64,000 nt of DNA, from contig JBHGNT010000006.1 of the NCBI GenBank assembly GCA_043228905.1, forward strand, positions 22,196,001 to 22,260,000, written 5' to 3'. The position numbers and the translations under genes are program-made. This DNA comes from Azolla caroliniana. Lineage: Eukaryota > Plantae > Polypodiophyta. The notes under the pieces were generated by a model. That model worked only from the letters and a program-made list of their open reading frames with translations. It did no database searches and was not told where the DNA came from. Shown piece after piece: positions 38,746-52,508 of the stretch; the first letter of the stretch is position 1; each line of letters starts with the position of its first letter.

Positions 38746-39000
38746 CTAGAATTTTTCAATGAGACAAGCCTTCAAATTAAAGGAGTGGATGCTACAACTA
38801 ATGCATCGTTCCTTTGAGAAGAGTGCCTTACACACACCCATAAAGAGGTGTGGGGAATTACGCAATACATACGCAAGAAATTTCATCTCCTCCTCACCAA
38901 GTGATTGAGTGGATGCTGCCATTATCTTTTTGCCGCCATCAAGCAATAATAGCATCAAGAGCACAATAAAGCACACTTTCACAACGATCTTCATCTCCAT
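38746..39000 (-). CDS. Putative small secreted Cys-containing peptide (84 aa)
   Basis: Signal-peptide-like N-terminus MEMKIVVKVCFIVLLMLLLLDGG and four C-terminal Cys; no family recognised. Confidence 0.4.
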   Translation of the reverse strand: MEMKIVVKVCFIVLLMLLLLDGGKKIMAASTQSLGEEEMKFLAYVLRNSPHLFMGVCKALFSKERCISCSIHSFNLKACLIEKF

Positions 39001-39930
39001 AACCTCCTTGATGAACCAAATCAACATCGCCGCCCATTTATTGACACTAATATGTTTAGGTTAAAGACACCTAAACATATCAAGATTATAGAGTTCATGT
39101 TAGGCAGATACCTAACATTGTCAAGATTATAACGTTCATAGTTTTGTGAACTTTTAGGTGACCCTCTCAACATCAACTTTCATGATACAAAAAGTTTGAA
39201 CTCATAAGTGTTCGACCCATATACTTTGTTTGAAATAAAACGCAAATAACTTTGGAAAATGGTTTGAACTTTGGAGTGTAAACATTCTCTGAGGAAGAGA
39301 CTATTAGAACTTAGTATCTTCTCTCGTGTTGAGCTTCAAGAAATTCTCTCATGTAGATAAATGAAATGTTTCCATCACGGTGATCGTTTATTTTTGGCAT
39401 CAAGGGAAAAATAATTTCCAATATTTTTATAGTATTATGATGAGAAATAAGGCTAGATAGATGTTTAGGAGTTGGAAGTTGGAATCTTCCATGACCTTAG
39501 GTCGAAGTCCTTGTGGCATTTCTCTTCGTGTTAGTTTCCACCCATTAAATTATAATTAGTTGAAAACTTATGAACCTCTAATACATTGACATGCATAGGA
39601 AATAGCCCCTTAAAAGTGTATTATTAAAATTTGTTATACAATGCATGTGTTAATCAACAATTGTTAATAGTTATATATTGATGATGGTGTTTTTTTGGGG
39701 GGGAGGGGGGAGATGTTTCTAGATGAGCTTCTTTGGGTGACAATTTTATTTTTGATTTGTTTTCAAAACAATATGTCATATGTGGTAACATTGACCATGG
39801 TGCCAAAACAAGTAGAGGGGAAAACACATGAAAGTAAACGGTAAGACCAAATGTTTTGGTTTCTTTCACATGAGGCAAATAAAGCTTGCCAAATTTGTGT
39901 GAAAGGCCATAAAGCTCACTTGACGATTAT

Positions 39931-40174
39931 AGTGGTTAGATTATATTATGTTAGACAATTTTTAGCATCCATAGAGAGACCAATATTAACCCATGAGACC
40001 TAAGTACACAATCAAGTGTAGCTTAAGAGTGATTGATGACCATTCTCACATGTTTTGACAACAATGGGGTATATTCCTAATCATGATGTCCTGAAGTGGT
40101 TAGATTATATTATATTAGACCATTTTTAGCATCCATAGAGAGGACAATATTAACCCATGAGAACTAAGTACACA
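39931..40174. repeat. ~80-bp direct repeat (agtggttagattatattat...taagtacacaa) at 39931 and ~40095
   Basis: Direct. Confidence 0.75.
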
Positions 40175-42971
40175 AGTTTTCTTGATGTGTGTATCCTCCC
40201 TAAGAAGGCATATTCATACATACTTCAAATCACAAAGCCAAAATGTGTACTAAATAAGGCATACACATATAAGCTCAACCTTCTAGGTTTTTGCCTTATT
40301 GTGACACCCAAGTCACCACCTCCTCTTAATATGTTATCATAGCTTTTAGGAATTGTACTACATGTGGATGTGTTGTATCAAGGTGCACACATCGAGAGCA
40401 CATCTATTGATTGAGGTTCTACCTCCACATCACTATTGCGAGCCAAAGGATTAAGATTGTCATATACCCTATTGGTAGTGACCTTTAGTTGCACAACTCT
40501 AACCTAACGAAATCTCAATCACACTTCCTCGTGTTAACTCTTAATTATTTGACTAATCAAGTCCTAAGACTGAGAAAAAAAAAGCGCTCACACACATAAG
40601 TAAAGACAAACAACATGTGTGTTAATGTTGACCCTCTCTCGATTAATATAAGACTTCCCAACACACATATAAAAGGCAGAATGATTAAGGTGTAGCTAAT
40701 TAGTGATTAACCTTAATTACTTTAGTAAAAGATTAAGGAAGGGGAGGAGAGAGCTCAAGTTGAGGTTATAAGAGAAGAAAAAAGTACATGAGGGAAGAAT
40801 AACTATAAAAGTCACCAAAAGTGACTTTTATTACTTTTTACAATGAGGTTTGACCTCTTTCACATTAGGGTGGCCCTTTGGCCTATATCTTTGAAAGGAG
40901 TTTTGTAGTTTGCATCCATTCCAAGCAAGATGTGTATGGTTTGACATATTATTGACTTTTGTAATGTATCTATATACTATGTGTAGCACCAATATCCTTA
41001 TAGGTCAAACACTTGTTTCCAAGACCACAACCTAATAAAAGGCGACGCATTTAAGTCCTACTTGATTCCTTAAAAACATATTTTGGACTCTACTACATGA
41101 GATTGTCAAGACTAGAAGTACGGATGCTAAGGAAAAGCGACAGAGGACAAAACGAGGATTAATAGCCTTACAACAACTTCAACAACGATACCCGACATGT
41201 AGTTGGCTCGCGGGACAAGTTGCCATGGCCAAACATGAACTCATCATGGCAGAAAAGGCAATCTATGACATGGAGTTTCATGGAAGCATGGCTCGATGGA
41301 TTCAAGTAGGGGACAAAACCACAAAGGACTTCTTCCGATCCAAGGGACCAAGACACGCTAGAACAATGATACGCAACCTCAACCGAGTAGATGGAACAAC
41401 CACGGTGGATGGTGATGAAATGAGGAATATTGCCACAAGTTATTTTAAGCGACTACTTACTGAAGATAATAAGACCACCGGGCAAGACATAAGAGAAGAT
41501 ATTATCCTCCAGAGCATACCTGAGAAAGTCACGATGGAAATGAATACATGACTCGTGCGTCCCCTATCAATCATCGAGATATGGGAGGCCCTCTCTTATT
41601 TGGATGTAGATAGCTACCCCGGAATCAACAACCTCACCCCTCACTTTTTCACGTGCCTTTGGGACACTATTCAAGAAGATCTTCTCCAGGCATATGAGGA
41701 GATCATCACCTCTGGAAACATGCCAGAGGAATTTGGACAGGGGATGATATATCTCATTCCTAAAAGTGGTGGAAGTGCCAATGACATTAGTAAGTGGTGG
41801 ACCATAACTCTCCTCAATATTGTCTATAAGTTGCTCGCAAAAATCATATCACACCGGTTAGCACCACTTCTCCCTCAGCTCATTCATCCGTCCCAAACAG
41901 GTTTTGTTAGAAATCGGAGCATCCTAGAAAATCTCTTCTCATTTTGGGAAGCAGTAGCCCTTGCTAAGCGTACCAACAACAAGGTAGTTGTGGTGCTCCC
42001 CAATTTTGAGAAAGCATATGATAGGGTATGCTAGAAATTTCTAGAAAGTGTGATGGGGAAACTCGACTTTCACGAATCATGGATCAAAGGCATTGTAGGA
42101 CTTTATAGGAACGCCACAAGATGTGTTTCACTAGCATGTGAAAGGGGCCCTTTCTTCCGAATATCGCGGTTTGTACGACAGGGTTGCCCATTGGCTCCAT
42201 CCTTATTTCTATTATACGCTGAAGCACTCTCTAGCTTTCTCAACTTGCGACATCTAAGCCTACGTGGTCTTCGTGTGCTGCATTCTCACCAAAGCCTCCT
42301 AGATATAGAATTTGCAGATGACACCGTGGTCTACTTGCAAGGTGACTTGGAAAATTTACAAAAGCTAGAAAGTGGTCTAGACGTATTTTGCAGGTGATCC
42401 AATGCCATGATCAATTGGCACAAATCCTATGCAATATGGCTCTCTCATGATGCACATCCTGCGTGGCACCTAGATCCCGCTTTCAAGTGGATCAATCAAG
42501 GTGAGAGCACCAAATATTTGGGTTTCCAAATTGGGTTCAACATACCTCCGGAGACTATGATTACACCGGTTATTCACTCCATACGACAAAAGTTAATACA
42601 TTGGAGTTCAAAAAAACTCTCGCTACCGGGGCACATCATAGTGGCAAACCAGGTATTACTCGCAACAACATGGTATAACCTATCATGCTAAACAATCTCC
42701 AATGAAAGTATACACCAAATTCAACGACTAGTATGCAACTACATTTGGTCTTGTAAGGAAGATCATGCAACTCGGGCCAAGGTGGCGTGGCCTATACTCA
42801 CATCACGTAAGTCGAGAGGAGGATTGGGTCTTATTGATCCCCTCTCACAATCAAAAGCCCTACTCGCCAAATTTGTGGTGTGGGGACTCCAACCAGGGAA
42901 TGACTGCTGGAAAATGTTATTGCGGTTACGCTTCACTTACTTTAGGCCACGAAAAGGGACCAATTGGGCCC

Positions 42972-43289
42972 TGTTGAGAGATCAAGCTCAACTTAGTTTA
43001 GTTAGTTAGTCAACCATGCTACTTCGTAGTTACCTAGATAGAATCTAGTTAGAAGTGTTGACTATAACGCCTTAAATAGGACCTTGTACTTAAGTGGGAT
43101 ATTCTAGATCCTCCACTCCTAAGTACATTTAATATAGGACTTACACCTTAGTACCTATATTCTACTCACACATGTGCACCTTTGCACATGAGATGTATAT
43201 ATACCTCATTGTGGGTATTTTTGTATTGGATGATGATAATGTTAATTTAATATAGTTACTCATCCCCCATCTTGTGTTGTTCATAACTG

Positions 43290-43339
<50 letters not shown>

Positions 43340-43421
43340 TCTCACACACATACACACATATAACATAATCTTCCACTTAACTTAATCACATAATTAGGTA
43401 CTAATTATCTAATTATTAACA
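42972..43421 (+). mobile_element. Solo LTR inserted in the LINE
   Basis: tgttgagagatcaagctcaac...attaaca; TSD ggccc/agccc (4/5). Confidence 0.75.
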
Positions 43422-44985
43422 AGCCCCCCAAACTGGATGGATTCTAAACATAGATCTCAAACCTAGTTTCTCCTGCCAACTGGAGGATAGATTTAGTGCA
43501 TCCATGTGGAAGGCGTGGTGTGACATTAGACGAGGACTCAAATGCGATCAACCCAATTCCGAACCTGCCTGGCTCAGTCAACGTATCCTTTGGAACCCAT
43601 GTATTAGGGATGAATCTAATCAACTAATTGGATCAAGTAAGGGGTTGTCATGGGGATACATGTCGGAAGGTCCAGGAAAAAGTATACAATGTTGGAGACA
43701 TTTTATGTCATTGCCAATACAAGACCAGGCAAACATCGTCCATGGAATCAGGGGCGGATGGGCTATGAGATCTGAAATCATTAACGCTCTACTTATTAGG
43801 GAAGTTGTTCATCAAAGGACGACAACGGAGAAATGGATAGGCTACAAGGAGGAGGGCTCTTTGCTCCCAAGAGGTAGGGACACACCGGATAGGATCGAAG
43901 GCTCTGAACTGCAGGATAACGAGGCATCAACACAGCATAAGGCAATTCGAGTACTAGCATATATTGGGCATAAATGGATTGTAGATCCTGATCCGATCAA
44001 AGTGTCGAATACGAGTGTATAATGGCTGTATTCACACTGTCCCTTTGGAAAGCCCAAGTTTGGGCTATTTTTGTAAATAGCATAAAGTACAGTTGCCCTA
44101 GGACAATCACTATATAAAGTGACTTTGTAACCTTTAGAAAAGGTTGGTTGTCATTCTTTGTAACTGTTGCTATTGGAATATAACGTTTCCTTTGTGCCTA
44201 TCTCTCTCACTCTCATGTGTGTATCTTGTTTCATTCTCATACACAGGTTCTTCTTCATCACGAATGTTGCTTGCACTTCCGCATTGACGGCCTTGTCCCC
44301 AACATTTGGTATCAGAGCGTTGGAGGTTCTTCAACCCGCTGTCGGCCGTCATAGTACACCACACAACATTCTGCTTTCGTTTTCTTTGAAGAACAGAGAA
44401 GGGAGAAGAAAAACAAAAAGCTCGCATCTCATTGTGTTAAATCACAAATTGGAGTAAGCCAGAAGGTTGTACTCTGTTCCTGTGACTGTAACTGCTTGAG
44501 GGGAGCTCCTTGTGCAACAACCGACCCAATCGTGCTTCGTTCGGTTAAACAACATCCGAATAGGTCACCGGACGCTATTCACCCGCTTGCTGTAACCACC
44601 CGCTGCAGATTGGTCTCCAGACAACAACCAAATTCGTGCTTCACTCGGTTGATCGACATTCGGGAGGATAAGTTGGATCCGTCCCTCTCATTGTTGCAGT
44701 CATCCGAAGCAGAATCGGTCCAAACAATCGGTTTCTTGTAATCGGTATTCGGCATACAATCGGAAGCTAACCGGGCTCACTCCAACTCGGCAACATTTGG
44801 GAAGACCAACCGGTTCTATCCCTCAAGTTACCGGAGTCACTCCGAGCAAGTTCAGCAAGTATCCGAAACAAAACCGACTCGGGTTCAAAACCGACTAGAA
44901 CGATATTGGGTGAGCCGACTGGCTGCACCCCACTAAGGTTCGTAGTCAACTCCGAACCGAATCTTACCAACCGAAACTAAAGCAG

Positions 44986-47900
44986 ATGGCATCAACATCC
45001 GGCTCATTGGAGATGAGTCTAAGGAGGTTCGACGGTTCGAACTTCAACTTCTAGAAGGAACAAATGCAGGACTATCTCAAAGTCAAGGGTCAGATAGACC
45101 CGATTGAGAATGAAAATCCTCCAGAAGCATACAAGGCAAACGAGTGGCCTAAGCTGGACAGAATTGTCCGTGCCACGATTCGGATGCACTTGTCGGAGTC
45201 AGTATACTTCACAATGCAATCATGCATGACAGCTTTTGAACTATGGAAAACATTGTCAGAAACGTATGAAAAGAAGGTCGCGGCAACGAAGATGTATCTG
45301 ATTCGGCGCCTCTACAACTTACGGATGAAAGAATCTGATTTGGTTCAGGCACACCTCAACGAGTACGAAAGCATAAGCTCCCAAATCTCGTCTCAGGGGA
45401 CGGCAATCAAGGATGAACTTAGAGCAATGATACTCATGAGTAGTCTCCCCTCTTCATGGGAAACTTTCGTCATTACAATCGTGTGCAATGCTTCAACAGT
45501 TGCCGTTAAGTACTCCGAAGTCATGAGTGCAATCCTGACTGAAGCAGCTCGCAGAAAGTCTTTCGCCAAAGACTTGGCAGATGAAACTTACGTAGTACAA
45601 GGTTCGACCGACCGATCGAACAACCGAGGAAGAAGTTCTTCCCGACCACCGAACAATCAGCGAAGCCGGAGCAAGTCCCGGGACAACCGAATTTGCAACT
45701 ACTGCAAGAAATCGGGACACATCAAAGCCGACTGCCGAGCACTCAAAGAAAAAACCAACAAAGCTCAGAGAGCGGATCAAAAGAGTAGCCGGCATGAGGA
45801 GGTCAACTACGTCGGCTCTTCAGCTGAAATTTTGACGACCGACCCAAACATATTGTCCATAGAGAACCCAGTCGAATCAGAAGTTCTGCTTACGACTGAG
45901 GAATCGAGCACATGGCTCCTGGACTCAGGAGCATCGTATCATGTGACACCTCACCGATCTCATTTTCGGTAATACTCGGACCAACACTTTGACTCAGTTC
46001 GAATCGGAAACTTGCAACATTGCGCTATAATCGGAATTGGCACCGTAGAGCTCAACCTTCCGAGCGGCTCTACACTCGTACTACACAACATCTGACACGT
46101 TCCTGAGCTCTCAAGACCCTTGATCTCAGTCGGACAGCTTGACGAAGCCGGCATCCGTGCCGAATTCTCATTAGGAGGGTGGACACTCCACAAAGGGATC
46201 CTCCTGCTTGCTCAAGGACCAAAGGTACATTCCTTGTACCCTTTATATGTCACACTCAAAGAGGGTGACCTATTTTTGGTTGATATCCCCGTGTCATTGT
46301 TATGGCACGGACGACTTGAACACCTCAGCAAGGCCGACATAACGCACCTATCCAGAGTCGGTTACATCCCCAAACTCTCCTTCTTGGATCACCAATTCTA
46401 CGAGCATTGCTAGTACGGCAAACAAGTAGCGACATCACACCCGACATCAGCACCAAGAGAATCGAGTCCCCTCAATTTGGTCCACTCGGACGTCTGTGGC
46501 CCGATGCCACATCAGTCTCTCGGCGGTGCTTCGAACTTCATCAACTTTATTGACGACTCGACTCGGAAGGTGTGGGGTTACCCCATCAGAACCAAAGATC
46601 GGCTGTTCTCGATCTTCTCCGAATGGCTTGCAATGGTTGAAAACTGAAATGTCTCCAAACCGACAACGGAGGAGAATTCAAGTCTAAAGAATTCGTCAAA
46701 TTTTGTCGAGAACGCAGCATTCGACGTGAATATACGACACCTTATAGTCCGAAGCAGAACGGAATTGCAGAACGCATGAACCGGATGATTCAAGAACGCA
46801 TATTATCCATGCTCCAACACTCCGGACTATCGGATGGCTTCTAGGCGGAGGCTCTACTTACGACAGTACACATAATAAATATGTCGCCAAGCAGACCTCT
46901 AGGACTTCAAATACCTCAGGAAATGTTGAGAATCAAGCTCAACTTGGTCTAGTGTGTGAACTCACCTTGAGAGTGAAGAGACACCTCAACAGTCAAGAGT
47001 CACCATTATGTCACCACTTTGTATTCTAGCATTTAGTATGAGTCATAGAATTATATTCTATGACACATAACTTATGAGCTTTCACATTCCCCATCCTCCA
47101 TGAGCCTTGTAGTTAATGAAGAGAGAGGGTGACTACATAAAGCACCCTCCTCCCATCTTGTATAATGTTGAGTCTTTCTCCTTTGCTAATATACTTTTAC
47201 CTTGCGTATTCCTTGTCTCTCTCACTCTCTCTCTCACTCTCTCATACACACACATAACTCCTATCTCTTGTGCTTCACAAGAATCAATCTCTTGATTCTT
47301 TACATGGTATTAGAGTGGCAGTAAACCGAATTATGACAAGCTGAGGATCTTCGGTTGCAAAGCATACGCCCTCATACCGAAAGACGGTCGCCGAAAACTC
47401 GAACCAAGATCAAGGAAATGCGTTTTCCTTGGATATGGACCCGACGGCGAGATCAGATATTGACTTTGGGACCCCGAGCAAAGACAAATCGTCCGAAGTT
47501 CGGACGTCGTGTTCAATGAGTCGGTTATGCATAAAACGGTCGAAAGGGCTATTGAAGTCCGAAGGGTAATATTCTCCAAAGTGCCAACCCTTCATGAAGG
47601 CCCAGCCCACAACACGAGATCAGTTTCACGGGTAACCGACACCTCCCGCACTGAATCCACCGATTTAGCACAGTCAAGTGACTCGGCTTCCCACCATCTG
47701 ACATCTACACCCGGTGCGACCAGTCCAGTCATACCTCGAAGATCCGAGAGACTGTCGCAACCTCTGGAAAGGTATTCTCCCAGAATTTTCTTTACCGACA
47801 CCGACGAACCGATGTCTTACGAAGAAGCATCGGCATCTGCCGATTCAGCCACATGGCATCTGTCAATGGAGTCGGAAATGCACTCCATTCGGGCAAACAA

Positions 47901-49382
47901 GACTTGGAACTTGGTCGAATTACCGAAGATCGACGTGCTCTTCCATGTAAGTGGGTCTATTGACTAAAAGAGACGTCCGACTCGACCAACCCAAAGTACA
48001 AGGCTAGATTAGTTGCGAAGGGATTTAGACAGGAATATGGCATCGACTTCGAAGAAATCTTTTCACCAGTGGTGAAAATGACGACCCTTCGTTTCATGCT
48101 CGGCGTCGTGGCCGCCAACAACTTGGAGTTGATTCAGCTAGATGTAAAAATGGCATTCCTCCACAGTGACCTACAAGAGGAAATCTACATGGAGCAGCCG
48201 AAAGGCTTTGTGGCATCCGGCCAGGAACATCTAGTCTGCCAACTCAGGAAAAGTCTCTACGGTCTGAAACAGGCACCCTGACAGTGGTACAAGAAGTTCG
48301 ACGACTTCATCTAGTCGATCGACTTCTCAACGAGCAATGAGAACCAATGTCTCTTCACCAAAACCGCTCAAGACGGGTCTCCCGTCTTCCTCATCATCTA
48401 CGTGGACGACATGCTACTCTCCGGTCGACATGCCGGAGAGCTCACCGAACTTGTTCGGAAACTGCGATTGAAGTTTGCCATGAAGGACCCCGGTCCGGCA
48501 AGATACATACTTGGTATGAAGATTAGTCGGCATCGTGATAAACGACAACTTTTCTTGTCTCAAACCGACTACATCGGACATGTCTTAGAACGCTTCAACA
48601 TGCACTCAGCCAAGTCTGCTTCGACCCCACTTCCCATTAACCTTCAGCTTTCTCAGCGAGACTGCCCGACATCCGGTCCGGAGGGGGAAGATATGAAGTC
48701 GGTACCGTATGCATCGGTAGTCGGCTCCCTTATGTACGCGATGGTCGCGACACGGACTGATATTTCTCACGTCATAGGAGTCGTCAGTAGACTCATGCAC
48801 AACCCAAGTCGATCGCACTGGAACGCAGTCAAGCATGTGTTTAGATATCTAGCTGGCACAAAAGACCACGACATTCTCTTCGGCCCGAACTCAACCTCAA
48901 GCCTAGTCGGTTACACCGACTTAGACTTCGCCGGCTGTGTGGACAGTCGGAAATCAACAACCAGATATTGTTTCAAATTCGGCAATGGAGCAATCTCGTG
49001 GAAGTCGAAACTTCAGGAGTGCACAGCCACCTCAACGACCAAAGCGGAATATGTAGCTACGTCCGACACGTCAAAAGAAGCCTTATGGCTCGGTCGGCTG
49101 GCGCACACATTTCGACAGGTTGACTCCGACTCGGCTCCAATTGTCTACAGCGATAGTCAGGGTGTTGTTGCTTTGTCAAAGAATCCAGTTCACCACAACG
49201 CCTCCAAGCATATCGACGTTTGATATCACTTTGTTTGGGACTTCGTCATTTTAGGGAAAATCGGTCTAGAGAAGATATCCACAACCGATAATGTCGCAGA
49301 TGGAATGACCAAGTGTCTTTCGGCGGATCGTTTCCGGTCCCTTCGGCACCAAATGGGCGTAACGAAAAATCGGTCTGATTAA
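44986..49382 (+). pseudogene. Copia gag-pol (Gag, PR, IN, RT, RH) with multiple stops and frameshifts
   Basis: CNYCKKSGHIKADC, WLLDSGAS, LWHGRL, HSDVCGP, SLYGLKQAP, YVDD, SKHIDV. Confidence 0.92.
46924..47315 (+). mobile_element. Foreign LTR plus PBS fragment inserted in the Copia integrase region
   Basis: tgttgagaatcaagctcaac...tttaca (46924-47304) followed by tggtattagag; host frame reads PQE..SGSKPNYDKL across the insert. Confidence 0.8.
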
Positions 49383-50999
49383 AGTCGGACACATAGCACA
49401 TGATGGTTTCAGACCACAGACATCAGTTCTTTGAGGATCAGCTTCAGCTCTTCCGACCCGACCGGTTCGGTCTTCTGTCTTCGGATCTTGTCGACTCTAA
49501 CAAAACCAATCTGTCTGATAAACCTTGTATATACCTGTAATTTTATAGATAACCCATGTATACGCCCATTACAGGGGAGTGTTGAATACGAGTGTATAAT
49601 GGCCGTATTCACACTATCCCTTTGAACAACCCAAGTTTGGGCTATTTCTGTAAATAGCATAAAGGGCAATTGCCCTAGGACAGTCACTATATAAAGTGAC
49701 TTTGTAACCTTTAAAAAAGGTTGGTTGTCATTCTCTGTAACTATTGCTATTGGAATATAACATTTCCTTTGTGCCTATCTCTCTCACTCTCTCTGTGTGT
49801 ATCTTGTTTCATTCTCATACACAGGTTCTTCTTCATCACGAATGTTGCTTGCACTTCCGCATTGACGGCCTTGTCCCCAACACAAAGTACAACCAGATTG
49901 GCACATATGTACTCATGAAAACACATGGCTATGTAAGGTTAGTTGGGACCCTTTGCAATGGACATGGTGTGATCCTTATGTGGGGCAATGTAACAATCCT
50001 ATCCCTTTCTTTCAATTCACAACTAGACTGGGTCGCCATATTATAGCCACTCAATCTGCCCGAGATCCAGCTGATGCAAAGGTCTGGAAAACACATCATG
50101 TTCCTAACACAATTATCACCAAGTTTTGACAAAACGTTGGAAACAACAACACGTGAAGCGAATCACCACTTTCTAATGGCTATTAATACATAAGTCACTA
50201 CCAGTTGGTGCATGGCAGCGTGGGAACCTCAGCTCTCCTAATTGTGTAGCGTGTCCAACTGTAGTAGAATCAATATGACATGCTCTATGAGACTGCCCAG
50301 AGTCCCATCGAATATGGCGGAGGGTTGGCCGCTTATTGCAATTATGCCAGGTGCAAGGCTCAATCAAGTGGGGGAATGTATGTTGGCTATCATGGCAGGC
50401 CCCAGTTGACAGATATGAGCATAAGGAAGAGGGGATGACTTTGGTTATAAAAGCACAAGAGGTTTTTTTCTCCACCATTAACAATGTCCACTCAACTCCT
50501 ATCAATGCCAAATCTCAAGTTGTGTTGGAATTGGTCAACCCAATAACTCTTTGGATTCTATGGAAACAATGGTGTAGACGGGTCTTCTCCAACCAAACCG
50601 TGTAGCCAATAGTGTTAATGCAAGAGATATGGAGTGAAGTGGTAGCCACTCTAAAGAGCCAATATGATGGCCTCAAGGGTGACTCCAATGGAGTTGAAAG
50701 ACAACGACTAGCCTTCATCCAACAATGGTCGTCCTCCCCCTTTATTGAGTCGGTGGGCATCCACATAGGATGGACCTATCGTGTCCCTGCAGGGATTTGT
50801 ATATACTAATCTCATTGTAAAATTTTATAACTAATAGGAGTTTTTTTTTTTGGAAAAGAAAAAACATATTTTGGATCTCCTCTATCTCATTCCGTGGATT
50901 AAGAGGGATAGTGCCTCCCCCACACATCTACTCCATAACGTAAAACTTGTGTTATCATGGCATTAAGTAACATTAGTTTCATTTCCCATCTATGAGTAT

Positions 51000-51880
51000 A
51001 AGTTTGGTTGCATTGATTTTCCAACATATAATAATTTTCCAACAATCTTGAAGCCTAGACTCAAAGCATACACTCCCTTTATTTGTGGAGGGTACATCAA
51101 TACCATGATACTTAAAGCTTTGCATAATTTGTACACACTCCTTTATATGTAAGTGTAGTGTATTTGTGAGGTTGGATAGTTCGCACTACCATCATTTTTG
51201 TTTTATCCACATTTACAATTAGTTGGCAAAATGCTTATAATGCTCAAAGTAAATGTTGCATATAATCAAAATCAAATTAAAAGATAACCACATCATCTGC
51301 ATATAAAAGCAATAAGATAACTTGTTGCATAAATTTTGGTGCATCTAATCTTTATTCTCTTGCAACCCTATTCACCACTTCTTCCAATTTATCATGCATA
51401 AACCAAAGAGTGTATGTGATAGTGGACATCCTTACTTAACCCCCATGTTACTTAAAAAGTAATTCGAGAATTCATTCTCAGTTTTTAGTTGGAATCTAAC
51501 TTGCTCATATAATCATGTAATAGCAACTAATTGATCCTCTACTAGCATGCCAAAATCCACCATTCTATTCAAAGCTCACTTTGCATTATTATATCAAAAG
51601 CTTATTTAAAATCAAGAAATTAACAACATAGTGTTTTTCCTAGAAGCCAACTTTCTTCCATAATTACTCTTAATGTAACCAAAAGATCCATAGTGGAGTG
51701 TTTTGGTCTAAAACCTACTTGTTGGCTAGGTACTCGTTTGTTTCTACTTTCAACCCATGAACTTATTTTTGGCTCCGTGATAACACTATATAATTTAGCA
51801 ATAGTTGAAATCAACATGATTGTGCAATAGTTTGATTCTTGATTCCTACCTCCTAAATGGGCTTGATCCAATTATTTGAC
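51000..51880 (-). mobile_element. RTE-like LINE RT fragment
   Basis: NYCTIML..AKLY, QVGFRPKHST, GVK*GCPLS, LLLYADDVV. Confidence 0.75.
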
Positions 51881-52232
51881 AAACCTTGTTTAATAACTTG
51901 ATCTATAATAGTCATTATCCAATGACACAAATGTGACATTGTTCATTTTAACAACTAACTTCTAATGAGAGTTACATATGGTGTATTGTCATTAGCCATC
52001 TTCGTTGTTCCCTTATTGAGATCTTTAATGTCAATGCATGTATTACAAGGTGTTTCAAGGCTCTCCAATAGAAAACACACTCATTTTGTTGTCAAAACTA
52101 GAGAGTGGTCTCTCATGAAGTCTGAAGTGAGTCTCCTCAACACCAAACCAACCCACTTTCCACACTCGATACCAAGCCTAGGGTTTCACAGTATTATTCA
52201 CTTTCATGATGCCCAAAACACTAAATTCACAT

Positions 52233-52508
52233 CATAGTATGAACCATACGTACCATACGTGCATTCGCATCCGTGAATGGTTCAATCATTCGCGAAAGAA
52301 AAACACCCTCAAAGAATGATAAATACCATACTTTTGGATTAACTATTTATTATGAGGTAGATAAGCCTAAAATTTTTTAAAAAAACATTAAAAAAATGGG
52401 GAAAAAACAAAAAAAAAAACACAAGAATGTTTGAATAACATTCGCATTCGTTTTCCAACGTAGGAAAACGAATGTTATACTAGACGAACACGAATTTTAC
52501 GTACTATG
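52233..52508. mobile_element. hAT-type MITE
   Basis: TIRs catagta.../...tactatg with a perfect 8-bp TSD ATTCACAT (52225-52232, 52509-52516). Confidence 0.75.

Larger units (their letters stand above)
44003..49882 (+). mobile_element. Full-length decayed Ty1/Copia element
   Basis: LTRs at 44003-44304 and 49580-49882 (about 16 differences by eye). TSD CAAAG. tRNA-Met PBS tggtatcagagc at 44307-44318. PPT aggggag. Confidence 0.95.
40990..50850 (+). mobile_element. Degenerate L1-like LINE interrupted by a solo LTR and a Copia element
   Basis: GDKTTKDFF, LIPK, ITLLNIVYKL, QTGF, FEKAYDRV, VRQGCPLAP, FADD, KYLG, GGLGL; a zf-RVT-like region resumes after 49887. Confidence 0.88.
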
